From Halorhodospira halophila SL1 (GTDB taxonomy: Bacteria; Pseudomonadota; Gammaproteobacteria; Nitrococcales; Halorhodospiraceae), in assembly GCF_000015585.1 (NCBI RefSeq), contig NC_008789.1:1290001-1322000 (forward strand): 32,000 nucleotides of DNA, in the 5' to 3' direction. This document shows positions 10,152-18,431 of the stretch, piece by piece. The position numbers were made by a program, and so were the translations under genes. Each line of letters starts with the position of its first letter. The stretch's first letter is position 1. Under the pieces are notes generated by a model. It saw only the letters and a program-made list of their open reading frames with translations, did not search any database and had not been told where the DNA came from.

Positions 10152-11102
10152 ATGTCCGCCATTATCAGCGGCTCTGTCGCTTTCGACACCATCATGGTGT
10201 TCCACGACCGGTTCCGGAATCACATCCTGCCGGAGCAGGTCCACATACTGAACGTCTCGTTCCTGGTGCCGCAGCTGCGCCGCGAGTACGGCGGCTGCGC
10301 CGGCAACATCGCTTACAACCTCAAGATGCTCGGTGAGGAGCCCCTGACCCTGGCCACCGTCGGCGCCGACATCGGCAGCTACGCCGACTGGATGAAAAGC
10401 CACGGGATCGATCAGCGCTATATCAGCACGCTGAACGAGCACTACACCGCCCAGGCCTACATCACCACCGACATGGACGACAACCAGATCACGGCGTTCC
10501 ACCCGGGCGCTATGGGCGACGCCCACAAGGTGGACGTCCCCACCGACGCGGGTGGCAAAGTCGGCGTGGTGGCCCCGAACGGTCCCGAGGGTATGGTCAA
10601 GCACGCCCGGCAGTTCGTCGACGCCGGCATCCCCTTCATCTTCGATCCGGGCCAGGCCATGCCGGCGTTCGACGGTGACCAGCTGCGCGAGTTCGTCGAG
10701 GGCGCCACCTGGGTGGCGGTCAACGACTACGAGTCGCGCCTGCTCACCGAGAAGACCCACATGGAGCTCGAGGACATCGCCAACAAGGTCGACGCACTGA
10801 TCGTCACCCGCGGCGCCGAAGGCTCGCACATCTACACCAACGGCCAGATCATCCACGTGCCCGCGGCCCCGATCAGCCAGGTGGCCGACCCCACGGGCTG
10901 CGGGGACGCCTTCCGCGCCGGGCTGCTCTTCGGCCTGCTGCGCGACCTGGACTGGGAGACCACCGGGCGCATCGCATCGCTGATGGGTGCGATCAAGGTC
11001 GAGCAGAGCGGCACGCAGAACCACACCATCGACGCCGAGAGCTTCAAGAGCCGTTACGAGTCGGCCTTCGGCACCAGCCTGGACGTGGCCATCGGCCGCT
11101 AA
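10152..11102 (+). CDS. PfkB-family carbohydrate/nucleoside kinase, substrate unknown
   Basis: AGGAGG sits 5 nt upstream of ATG 10152. Ribokinase-fold signatures GGCAGNIAYNL (N-terminal GG motif) and DPTGCGDAFRAG (C-terminal DTxGAGD-type anion hole). 316 aa. Confidence 0.8.
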   Translation: MSAIISGSVAFDTIMVFHDRFRNHILPEQVHILNVSFLVPQLRREYGGCAGNIAYNLKMLGEEPLTLATVGADIGSYADWMKSHGIDQRYISTLNEHYTAQAYITTDMDDNQITAFHPGAMGDAHKVDVPTDAGGKVGVVAPNGPEGMVKHARQFVDAGIPFIFDPGQAMPAFDGDQLREFVEGATWVAVNDYESRLLTEKTHMELEDIANKVDALIVTRGAEGSHIYTNGQIIHVPAAPISQVADPTGCGDAFRAGLLFGLLRDLDWETTGRIASLMGAIKVEQSGTQNHTIDAESFKSRYESAFGTSLDVAIGR

Positions 11103-11129
11103 GGCGAACCCGTAGCGATGGTATCCTGG

Positions 11130-11160
11130 AGCCCCCGCCCCGGCGGGGGCTTCTTATTTG
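11130..11160 (+). terminator. Rho-independent terminator closing the gcv-tpx-pfkB transcription unit
   Basis: AGCCCCCGCC-cc-GGCGGGGGCT forms a stem of up to 10 bp, followed by TCTTATTTG. It starts 28 nt after the kinase stop. Confidence 0.75.
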
Positions 11161-11179
11161 CGGTTCCGGGAGCCGTGCC

Positions 11180-11740
11180 GTGTCCAGTGGCCCCTACACC
11201 CTCGATCCCCAGACCGGGTTCCTCCACCCGGTTCGTCACTGTCCATCGCCGAACCACGGCCCGCGTCCGCCCGGCTGCGCCGTCGACCTCTTGGTCATCC
11301 ACGCCATCAGTCTGCCCCCCGGGGAGTTCGGCGGTGGTTGGATCGACTGCCTGTTCACCAACCGCCTCGATCCACAGGCCCACCCCGCCTTCGCACCGAT
11401 CGCCGATCTGCGCGTCTCGGCGCACCTGCTCATCGACCGGGGGGGCGCCGTCACCCAATACGTGCCGTTCCATCGCCGGGCGTGGCACGCCGGCCGGTCG
11501 GCCTTCGGAGGGCGCACGGAGTGTAATGACTTCTCGGTAGGAATCGAGCTGGAAGGGGATGAGCAGACACCGTACCCAGAGCCCCAGTACACGAGCCTGA
11601 TCCAGGTGGTGCGGACCCTGCGCCGCCACTACCCGAAAATCACACCGAGCCGCATCGTCGGCCACAGCGACATCGCCCCCGACCGCAAGACCGACCCGGG
11701 CCCGGCCTTCGACTGGCCGCGGCTGCTAGAGGCGCTCTGA
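11180..11740 (+). CDS. ampD: 1,6-anhydro-N-acetylmuramyl-L-alanine amidase AmpD
   Basis: LLVIHAISLPPGEFGG, HLLIDRGGAVTQYVPFHRRAWHAG, NDFSVGIELEG and IVGHSDIAPDRKTDPGPAFDW are amidase_2/AmpD signatures. GTG start, 186 aa. Confidence 0.9.
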   Translation: MSSGPYTLDPQTGFLHPVRHCPSPNHGPRPPGCAVDLLVIHAISLPPGEFGGGWIDCLFTNRLDPQAHPAFAPIADLRVSAHLLIDRGGAVTQYVPFHRRAWHAGRSAFGGRTECNDFSVGIELEGDEQTPYPEPQYTSLIQVVRTLRRHYPKITPSRIVGHSDIAPDRKTDPGPAFDWPRLLEAL

Positions 11741-11748
11741 GCCGTCGA

Positions 11749-12585
11749 TCAGTCGTGTTCGGGGCACTTGAGGCTGTATACCCCCTCGCTACCGTCGTCG
11801 ATACGCACCGCCGTCAGCGTGTTGCCCCACTGGCAGCCGGTGTCGATGCTCAGCACGCCGTCGTCATTGTGGAACCCGAGTAGCGACCAGTGCCCGGTGA
11901 CCAGTTTCACCGGATCGCGCGCCCCCCGCAGGCGCCGGCGGGCGATGAACCACGGGTAATGCCCCTCGGGGGCGGCGCCCGGGCGCCCCTTCTCGCGCAA
12001 CAGCAACCGCCCCTCACCGTCAACGAAGCGCATGCGCATGAAGGCGTTGGTGATAAAACGCAGGCGGTCGTAGCCCTCCAGATCGTCCGACCACTCGATG
12101 GGCCGGTTCCCGTAGATATTGTCCATCAGATCGTCCAACGGGATCTCACCGCGCAGGGCCCGCTCCAGCTCTCGGGCCCGGAGCTGCGCCTCGGCCACGC
12201 TCCAGGCCGGCGGCAATCCGGCGTGGGCCATGGCGTAGCCCATCCGCTCATCGACGTGCATCAACGGCCGGTGCCGCAGCCACTCGATCAGCTCGTCCGC
12301 ATCCGGGGCATCCAGGGTACCGCGCAGGGTATCGGAGTTCTTCAGCCGGCCGTGGCCACTCCAGACCGACATCAGGTGGATATCGTGATTGCCGAGGACC
12401 GTAATCGCCCGGTCGCCCAGCTCGTTGCGCACCAGGCGCAGCACCCCGAGCGAGTCCGGACCGCGATTGACCAGGTCACCGACGAACCAGATGGTGTCCT
12501 GGGCCGGATCGAAACGAATCTGCTCCAGCAGTCGTTTAAGCGGGTCGCAGCATCCCTGGATATCACCGATCGCGTACGTGGCCAA
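11749..12585 (-). CDS. apaH: Bis(5'-nucleosyl)-tetraphosphatase, symmetrical (ApaH)
   Basis: MATYAIGDIQGCCDPLKRLL...WFVGDLVNRGPDS...LGNHD matches the E. coli ApaH N-terminus (MATYLIGDVHGC). The start codon is TTG (12585-12583), preceded by GGAAGGAGG at 6-nt spacing. Confidence 0.92.
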   Translation of the reverse strand: MATYAIGDIQGCCDPLKRLLEQIRFDPAQDTIWFVGDLVNRGPDSLGVLRLVRNELGDRAITVLGNHDIHLMSVWSGHGRLKNSDTLRGTLDAPDADELIEWLRHRPLMHVDERMGYAMAHAGLPPAWSVAEAQLRARELERALRGEIPLDDLMDNIYGNRPIEWSDDLEGYDRLRFITNAFMRMRFVDGEGRLLLREKGRPGAAPEGHYPWFIARRRLRGARDPVKLVTGHWSLLGFHNDDGVLSIDTGCQWGNTLTAVRIDDGSEGVYSLKCPEHD

Positions 12586-12639
12586 TGCCAGCCTCCTTCC
12601 TATGCATGACGCCTACGTGATCTCGCGGCGGTCAGGGTC

Positions 12640-13746
12640 TCACGTCGCGGCGGCGGCCTGCAGCTTTTTCTCGAGCACATCGAGCAGGGTCCGATGGGCC
12701 TGAACGAAGGCGTCGATCCCCTCGCGCTCGAGCTCGTCGAGGATGGCGTCGAGGTCGATCCCCCCGGCGCGCAGGGCCTCGAGCACGGCGGGGGCCTGCT
12801 CGAGCTGCGCAGTCAGCTGCTCCCGCGGCTGACCATCGCGGCGGTACGCCTCGTAGGTGGCTGGCGGCAGGGTGGTGACCGTCTCCGGGCCGGCCAGCGC
12901 CTCGACATAGTAAGTCTCGGGATACCGCTCGCCCTTGACCCCGGTACTGGCCCAGAGCAGGCGCTGCGGCCGCGCCCCGGCCTCGGCCAGTGCAGCGAAG
13001 GGGGCGCCGTGGAAGATCTCCCGGTACACCGAGTAGGCGACCCGGGCGTTGGCGATCGCGGCCTGCCCCGGCTGCACATCCGCGGAACCGCTGTCGGCAA
13101 GCAGCGGGTCGATCTTGGCATCGAGCCGGCTGATGAACAGGCTCGCCACCGAGGCCGGCTCGGCGACCGAATCGCCCGCCTGGCGGCGGCGCTCCAGACC
13201 GCGCACATAGGCTTCGGCAACCTGCCGGTAGCGCTCCACCCCGAAGATCAGCGTCACGTTGACCGGGATGCCCCGCACCGTCAGCTCCTCGAAGGCCTCA
13301 ACGCCGGCGGGCGTCGCGGGGACCTTGATCATCACGTTGGGCTCACCGGCATCCGCATAGAGGCGCAGGGCTTCCGTCACAGTCCCGCGGGCGTCGTCGG
13401 CCAGTTGCGGGGAGACCTCCATGCTCACATAGCCATCCAAGCCATCGCTCTGCGTGTACTGTGGGCGCAACACCTGCGCCGCAGCCCGGATATCACCCAT
13501 GGCCAGGGCCTCGAAGACCGCTTCCGGGTCGCGACCGACCTGCTGGACCGCCGCGGTGATGGCCTCATCATAGGCCTCGGTCCCACCGATGGCCTTCTGG
13601 AAGATCGCCGGGTTGGTCGTCACGCCGCTGAGCCCGTCCTCCCGGACCAGGCGCTCCAACTCCGCCGGCAGCATGCCGCGATGGATATTGTCGTACCAGA
13701 CGCTCTGCCCGACGCCGGCCAGCCCTCGAAGCGGATTCTCCGTCAT
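12640..13746 (-). CDS. tal: Transaldolase
   Basis: ATG 13746 follows GAGAGGGG. Motifs QSVWYDNIHRGML, GVTTNPAIFQKAI and NVMIKVPATPAG (Schiff-base Lys region). 368 aa. The track's start at 13848 adds an unsupported 34-aa extension. Confidence 0.85.
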   Translation of the reverse strand: MTENPLRGLAGVGQSVWYDNIHRGMLPAELERLVREDGLSGVTTNPAIFQKAIGGTEAYDEAITAAVQQVGRDPEAVFEALAMGDIRAAAQVLRPQYTQSDGLDGYVSMEVSPQLADDARGTVTEALRLYADAGEPNVMIKVPATPAGVEAFEELTVRGIPVNVTLIFGVERYRQVAEAYVRGLERRRQAGDSVAEPASVASLFISRLDAKIDPLLADSGSADVQPGQAAIANARVAYSVYREIFHGAPFAALAEAGARPQRLLWASTGVKGERYPETYYVEALAGPETVTTLPPATYEAYRRDGQPREQLTAQLEQAPAVLEALRAGGIDLDAILDELEREGIDAFVQAHRTLLDVLEKKLQAAAAT

Positions 13747-13864
13747 GGCCCCTCTCAATGCCCTAGTTTCTCTGATGGTTGGATCAGTATAACGAGGGGG
13801 TTCAGGGACGGAAACCGCGCACGAACCGGGATCGACAGCCCTCACCATGGCCGGCCCAAGCCGC

Positions 13865-13870
13865 TATAAT
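13865..13870 (+). promoter_or_regulatory. Possible -10 box (TATAAT) for lptM-lysA-dapF
   Basis: A perfect TATAAT lies 33 nt upstream of the lptM ATG. I found no good -35 at 16-18 nt (TCACCA). Confidence 0.3.
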
Positions 13871-13902
13871 GGCGGGTTTACCGCCAATCCGTGGAGACGC
13901 TC

Positions 13903-14019
13903 ATGGGTACCGGATGCCGTTGGGCGGCGCTGGTGCTGGTCCTCGTCCTCGCCGGCGCCTGCGGCCAGAAAGCCGACCTCTACCTCCCCGACGAAGACGG
14001 CGAGGAGCAGCCATCATGA
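13903..14019 (+). CDS. lptM: Small lipoprotein, LptM/YifL (LppL) family, 38 aa
   Basis: Not in the ORF track because it is too short. My translation: MGTGCRWAALVLVLVLAGACGQKADLYLPDEDGEEQPS*. It has a signal peptide and a lipobox-like LAGAC. CGQKADLYLPD matches the family hallmark (E. coli YifL ...LTGCGLKGPLYFP). Its stop overlaps the lysA ATG (ATGA, 14016-14019). Its position upstream of dapF-yigA-xerC matches E. coli yifL. Confidence 0.7.
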   Translation: MGTGCRWAALVLVLVLAGACGQKADLYLPDEDGEEQPS

Positions 14020-15272
14020 GCACACCCCCTGGCTTCGCCCGCTACGCCGATCGCCTGTGGGCTGAAGCACTGCCCCTGGACGAGCTCGCCGAACGTTTCG
14101 GCACCCCGTGCTACGTCTACTCCCGCGCCGCCATCGAGGAGCGCTGGGCACTCTACCGGAGCGCCCTCGGCGTCGCCGGGGACGTCTGCTACGCCGTCAA
14201 GGCCAACGGCAACCTCGCCCTGCTGCAACTGCTCGCCCGCCACGGAGCCGGATTCGACATCGTCTCCGGCGGCGAGCTCGAACGCGTGCTGCACGCCGGC
14301 GGGGACGCCGCGCGGGTGGTCTTCTCGGGTGTTGGCAAAGGCACCGACGAGATCCGTCGCGCCCTGCAAGCCGGTATCCGCTGCTTCAACGTGGAGTCCG
14401 CTGCCGAACTCGAACGCATCGCCAGCGTGGCCGCCACCGAGAACACCCCGGCGCCGGTGGCCCTGCGCGTCAACCCCGACGTCAACCCCGAGACCCACCC
14501 CTACATCGCCACCGGCCTGGCCCAGAGCAAATTCGGCATCGCCCTGGAGGAGGCCGAGGCCCTCTACCTCCAAGCGGCTAACGATCCGCGCCTCGAGGTC
14601 CGTGGCATCGCCTGCCACATCGGCTCGCAACTGCTCTCGGTGGCACCGCTGACCGAGGCGGCAGAACGGCTGGCGGCGCTGGCCCGGCGACTGCAGGAGC
14701 AGGGCATCTCCCTGGACCACATCGACGCCGGCGGTGGCCTCGGCGTGCACTACATCGATGAGCAGCCGCCAACCCCGGCCGAGCACATCGAGGCGATCTC
14801 GGCGCCGCTGCGCGACCTTGGCGTATCCGTCCTGGTCGAGCCCGGGCGCGCCATTGTTGCCGAGGCCGGCATCCTGCTCACCCGCATCGAGTATCTCAAG
14901 CACAACGGCGGCAAGGAGTTCGCCATCGTCGACGCCGGCATGAACGACTACCTGCGCCCAGCGCTCTACGACGCCGCCCACACCCTGGAGGCGGTCACCC
15001 CGTCGGAAGCCGAACTTCGACCGGTGGACGTGGTCGGACCGGTCTGCGAATCCGCCGACACCTTCGCCCGCGACTGCACGCTGCCGGCAGCCGCCGGCGG
15101 CTTGCTGGCCATCCGTAGCGCCGGCGCCTACGGTGCCGTCATGGCCTCGCAGTACAACGCCCGGCCCCGACCGCCCGAGGTGCTGGTGGACGGCACCCAG
15201 GCGCACCTGATCCGCCGGCGCGAGACCATCGACGAGCTGATGAGCGGGGAATCGCTCCTGCCGGAGGGCTGA
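14016..15272 (+). CDS. lysA: Diaminopimelate decarboxylase
   Basis: MSTPPGFARYADRLWAEALPLDELAERFGTPCYVYS, YAVKANGNLALL (PLP Lys), HIGSQ, DAGGGLGV, EPGRAIVA, CESAD and GAYG. 418 aa. It is the inner part of track ORF 13779-15272. Confidence 0.93.
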   Translation: MSTPPGFARYADRLWAEALPLDELAERFGTPCYVYSRAAIEERWALYRSALGVAGDVCYAVKANGNLALLQLLARHGAGFDIVSGGELERVLHAGGDAARVVFSGVGKGTDEIRRALQAGIRCFNVESAAELERIASVAATENTPAPVALRVNPDVNPETHPYIATGLAQSKFGIALEEAEALYLQAANDPRLEVRGIACHIGSQLLSVAPLTEAAERLAALARRLQEQGISLDHIDAGGGLGVHYIDEQPPTPAEHIEAISAPLRDLGVSVLVEPGRAIVAEAGILLTRIEYLKHNGGKEFAIVDAGMNDYLRPALYDAAHTLEAVTPSEAELRPVDVVGPVCESADTFARDCTLPAAAGGLLAIRSAGAYGAVMASQYNARPRPPEVLVDGTQAHLIRRRETIDELMSGESLLPEG

Positions 15273-15276
15273 CGCG

Positions 15277-16140
15277 GTGCGCTTTACCAAGATGGAGGCG
15301 CTGGGCAACGACTTCGTCGTCCTCGACGGCATCCGCCAGCGCCTGCACCTCACCCCCGAGACCATCCGCACCCTGGCCGACCGGCGGCGCGGGGTCGGCT
15401 GTGACCAGCTGCTTATCGCCGAGCCGCCTGCCCACATCGCCGCTGATGTCCGCTACCGGATCTTCAACGCAGACGGCACCGAGGTGGAGCACTGCGGCAA
15501 CGGTGTCCGCTGCCTGGCCCGCTTCCTGGTTGACGAAGGGCTGGCCGCCCCGGGGGTCCTGCGCATCGAGACCGACGGCCGCATCACCGAGGCGGAACCC
15601 CGGGACGACGGCCAGGTCAGCGTCGACATGGGCCCCCCTGAACTCGAACCCGCGCGCATCCCCTTCCAGGCCCCAGTGCGACAGGAGGCCTACCGGCTGG
15701 CCACCAGCCGCGGGGAGCAGACGATCGGCGCCGTCTCCATGGGCAACCCGCACGCCGTGTTGCGCGTCGACGACATGACCGGGGCACCGGTCGCTGAACT
15801 CGGCCCCGAAATCGAACGTCACCCGCGCTTTCCCCGGCGGGTCAACGTCGGTTTCATGGAAGTGTGCACCCGCGACCGCATCCGCCTGAGAGTCTTCGAA
15901 CGCGGAGTCGGCGAGACCCCCGCGTGCGGCACCGGGGCGTGCGCCGCAGTGGTCGCCGGCCGGCTGCGCGACTGGCTCGACGCACCGGTGACTGTGGAGC
16001 TGACCGGCGGCGTGCTCGTGATACACTGGCTCGGTCCTGGGCGTTCGGTGTGGATGACCGGCCCGGCTCGCACCGTTTTCCGCGGCGAGATCGAGCTTCC
16101 CGCATCCGCCGCGGCGACGCCCCGGGGACCGACCCGCTAA
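15277..16140 (+). CDS. dapF: Diaminopimelate epimerase
   Basis: GTG start. MRFTKMEALGNDFVVLD (E. coli MQFSKMHGLGNDFMVVD), NADGTEVEHCGNGVRC, GNPHAVL and ERGVGETPACGTGACAA (both catalytic Cys). 287 aa. Confidence 0.93.
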   Translation: MRFTKMEALGNDFVVLDGIRQRLHLTPETIRTLADRRRGVGCDQLLIAEPPAHIAADVRYRIFNADGTEVEHCGNGVRCLARFLVDEGLAAPGVLRIETDGRITEAEPRDDGQVSVDMGPPELEPARIPFQAPVRQEAYRLATSRGEQTIGAVSMGNPHAVLRVDDMTGAPVAELGPEIERHPRFPRRVNVGFMEVCTRDRIRLRVFERGVGETPACGTGACAAVVAGRLRDWLDAPVTVELTGGVLVIHWLGPGRSVWMTGPARTVFRGEIELPASAAATPRGPTR

Positions 16141-16158
16141 GCAAGCAGGACGAACGGT

Positions 16159-16869
16159 GTGACAGAGAGCGCCAAGCGTGATGAGGCCCCGTTACTCGAC
16201 GAGGCCGAGGTGGCCGCCTACCTGGCGGAGCACCCCGACCTGCTGCACCGCCATCCCGAGCTCCTCGCAAGACTGGAGCTGCGCCACGACTGCGGCGACG
16301 CCACCTCACTGATCGAACACCAGGTTCGGGTCCTGCGCGAGGAGAGCGCAGGCCTGCGCCGGCGCCTCGACGACATGGTGCGGGTGGCCCGCCAGAACGA
16401 AGGGACCGCCGAGCGGCTCCACGAGCTAACCCTCGACCTGTTCGCCGCCGACGACCTGCAGGCCGCCGTGGAGGCCCTGCGTGCCGGACTGCGCGAGGGC
16501 TTCCAGGCCGATGCCGTGGGGCTGCTGCTGATCGCCCCCGAAGCGGCCGGCGGCGAGACCCACGCGCCCATCCCTGAGATCCTCGATGCTGGCGATCCGG
16601 CGCTGACCTGTTTCCGGCCCCTGCTTGAGCGCGGCCGCCCCAGCTGTGGGACCCCCACCGAAGCCCAGGTACGCACCATCTTCCCGGATACCGAGACGGC
16701 GGTGGCCAGCGCGGCCCTGGTGCCGATGATCGATGAGCGGGCCGTGGGCGTCCTCGGCATCGGCAGCAGCGATCCCCAGCGCTACCATCCGGGGCAGGGC
16801 ACGGTCTTCCTGCGCCGGCTCGGCACCACGGCGGCGCGCGTACTCGACCGATTGCTCCACCGGGGCTAG
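16159..16869 (+). CDS. yigA: DUF484 family protein (YigA-like)
   Basis: VAAYLAEHPDLLHRHPELLARLELRH...SLIEHQVRVLREE is the DUF484 N-terminus, followed by a GAF-like C-terminal part. Its position between dapF and xerC is conserved. GTG start. Confidence 0.8.
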   Translation: MTESAKRDEAPLLDEAEVAAYLAEHPDLLHRHPELLARLELRHDCGDATSLIEHQVRVLREESAGLRRRLDDMVRVARQNEGTAERLHELTLDLFAADDLQAAVEALRAGLREGFQADAVGLLLIAPEAAGGETHAPIPEILDAGDPALTCFRPLLERGRPSCGTPTEAQVRTIFPDTETAVASAALVPMIDERAVGVLGIGSSDPQRYHPGQGTVFLRRLGTTAARVLDRLLHRG

Positions 16870-16871
16870 GC

Positions 16872-17786
16872 ATGGAACGGGGCTGGTTGGAGCGTTTCGA
16901 CCGCCACCTGGCCTCGGAGCGCCGCCTAGCCGAACCGACACGGCGGCGCTACCGCCAGGACCTGGACGCCTTCGCTGCTTTCTGCACCGACCGCGGCCTG
17001 GCGAGCTGGGCGGCGGTCACCCACGATGTGGTCCGGGCTTGGGTGGCCCACCAGCGGCGCCGCGGCCTGGCCGGCCGCACCCTGGGCCGCCAGCTCGCGG
17101 CGCTGCGCAGCTTCTACCGCTTCCTGATCCGCGAAGGCGCCGTCGCCGCAGATCCGGCCGCTGAGGTCCGCCCACCGCAGACGCGCCGACGCCTCCCCGG
17201 CACCCTCGACCCGGACGAGGTGGCCGGACTCCTCGACGGAGCAGACCCCGGGGATCCCCTGCAGGCCCGCGACGCGGCACTCTACGAGCTGATCTACTCC
17301 AGCGGCCTGCGCCTTTCCGAGGTCATCGGGCTCAACATGATGGACCTCGACCGGCGCGACGGCCTGGTCCGGGTCCTGCGGGGCAAGGGCGCCAAGGACC
17401 GAGTGGTGCCGGTGGGACGCCAGGCGCTGCGCGCCCTCGACGCCTGGCTGCGCCACCGGCCGGCTTGGGCGTCCGCCGAGGAGACGGCCATCTTTGTCGG
17501 TCGCCACGGCGGACGCCTGGGTGCCCGGACGGTTCAGCGCCGGCTGCAGCGCCTGGCCCACCTGCGCGGGGTCCAGCGGCGCGTCCACCCGCACATGCTC
17601 CGCCACTCCTTCGCCACCCACATGCTCGAGTCGAGCGGCGATCTGCGCGCTATCCAGGAACTGCTCGGCCACGCCGACATCTCCACCACCCAGGTCTACA
17701 CCCACCTCGACTTCCAGCACCTCGCCCAGGTCTACGACCAGGCCCACCCCCGGGCCCGACGGCGCAAAGACCCTGACAACGATTAG
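16872..17786 (+). CDS. xerC: Tyrosine recombinase XerC (chromosome dimer resolution)
   Basis: N-terminal SAM-like domain ([23 protein letters not shown]). Catalytic motifs [22 protein letters not shown] and [15 protein letters not shown]. dapF-yigA-xerC synteny. 304 aa. Confidence 0.88.
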   Translation: MERGWLERFDRHLASERRLAEPTRRRYRQDLDAFAAFCTDRGLASWAAVTHDVVRAWVAHQRRRGLAGRTLGRQLAALRSFYRFLIREGAVAADPAAEVRPPQTRRRLPGTLDPDEVAGLLDGADPGDPLQARDAALYELIYSSGLRLSEVIGLNMMDLDRRDGLVRVLRGKGAKDRVVPVGRQALRALDAWLRHRPAWASAEETAIFVGRHGGRLGARTVQRRLQRLAHLRGVQRRVHPHMLRHSFATHMLESSGDLRAIQELLGHADISTTQVYTHLDFQHLAQVYDQAHPRARRRKDPDND

Positions 17787-17872
17787 GCAGGCGGGCGCTC
17801 GCGGCGGCAGCGTCGACCCGCGGGCGATGCTCTCGGGTACAATGGCTGGCGCGAACACTCAGGAGGCCGATC

Positions 17873-18427
17873 TTGGAAACACTGCACGGCACCACCATCC
17901 TCGCCGTCCGCCGGGAGGGCCAAGTCGCCCTTGGCGGAGACGGGCAGGTCACCCTCGGGCACACGGTGCTCAAGGGCAACGCGCGCAAGGTCCGCCGGCT
18001 CTACCACGGACGAGTACTGGCGGGATTCGCCGGGGCCACCGCGGACGCCTTCACCCTGTTCGAGCGCTTCGAGGCGCAACTCGAGAAACACCACGGTCAG
18101 CTGGCTCGCTCCGCCGTCGAGCTGGCCAAGGAGTGGCGCTCCGATCGCGTCCTGCGCCGCCTGGAGGCCCTGCTCGTCGTCGCCAACACCGAGTCTCTGC
18201 TAACCCTCTCCGGGACGGGAGACGTCATCGAGCCCGAGCACGACCTGATGGCCGTCGGTTCCGGCGGGCCGTACGCCCAGGCCGCCGGCCGGGCGCTGCT
18301 CGAATCCACCGACCTGCCCGCCGACCAGATCACCCAACGGGCGCTGGAGATCGCCGGCGACATCTGCGTCTATACCAACCGCCACATCACTGTGGAGACG
18401 CTGCCCGAGACCCGTGAGGAGTCGTAA
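17873..18427 (+). CDS. hslV: ATP-dependent protease subunit HslV
   Basis: TTG start 6 nt after [35 protein letters not shown] has the active-site Thr in the TTI motif after a short propeptide-like MExxHG, as in many beta- and gammaproteobacteria. Also [10 protein letters not shown]. 184 aa. Confidence 0.9.
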
Positions 18428-18431
18428 CGAC

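Noticed and set aside
13772-13787. Palindrome CTGAT-GGTTGG-ATCAG in the tal / lptM-lysA divergent promoter region, overlapping a minus-strand TATACT -10 candidate.
   Set aside because: The arms are only 5 bp, which is easily expected by chance in a 156-nt spacer. No regulator family can be assigned.
13779-14015. 79-aa in-frame N-terminal extension of lysA in the ORF track.
   Set aside because: The extension is Arg/Pro-rich and has no similarity to LysA. It would run through the divergent promoter region and overlap the lptM ORF in another frame. The conserved LysA N-terminus begins at ATG 14016.
16872-17786. Tyrosine recombinase as a marker of an integrated mobile element or prophage.
   Set aside because: It has the XerC-type N-terminal domain and catalytic motifs, and it sits in the conserved dapF-yigA-xerC housekeeping context. 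There is no flanking tRNA, no direct repeats and no phage or IS genes.
17787-17872. Heat-shock (sigma32) or sigma70 promoter for hslVU.
   Set aside because: I found no CTTGAA...CCCCATNT-like pair. The best sigma70-like pair is TCGACC (17813-17818) and TACAAT (17838-17843), but the spacer is 19 nt. That is too weak to report as a feature.
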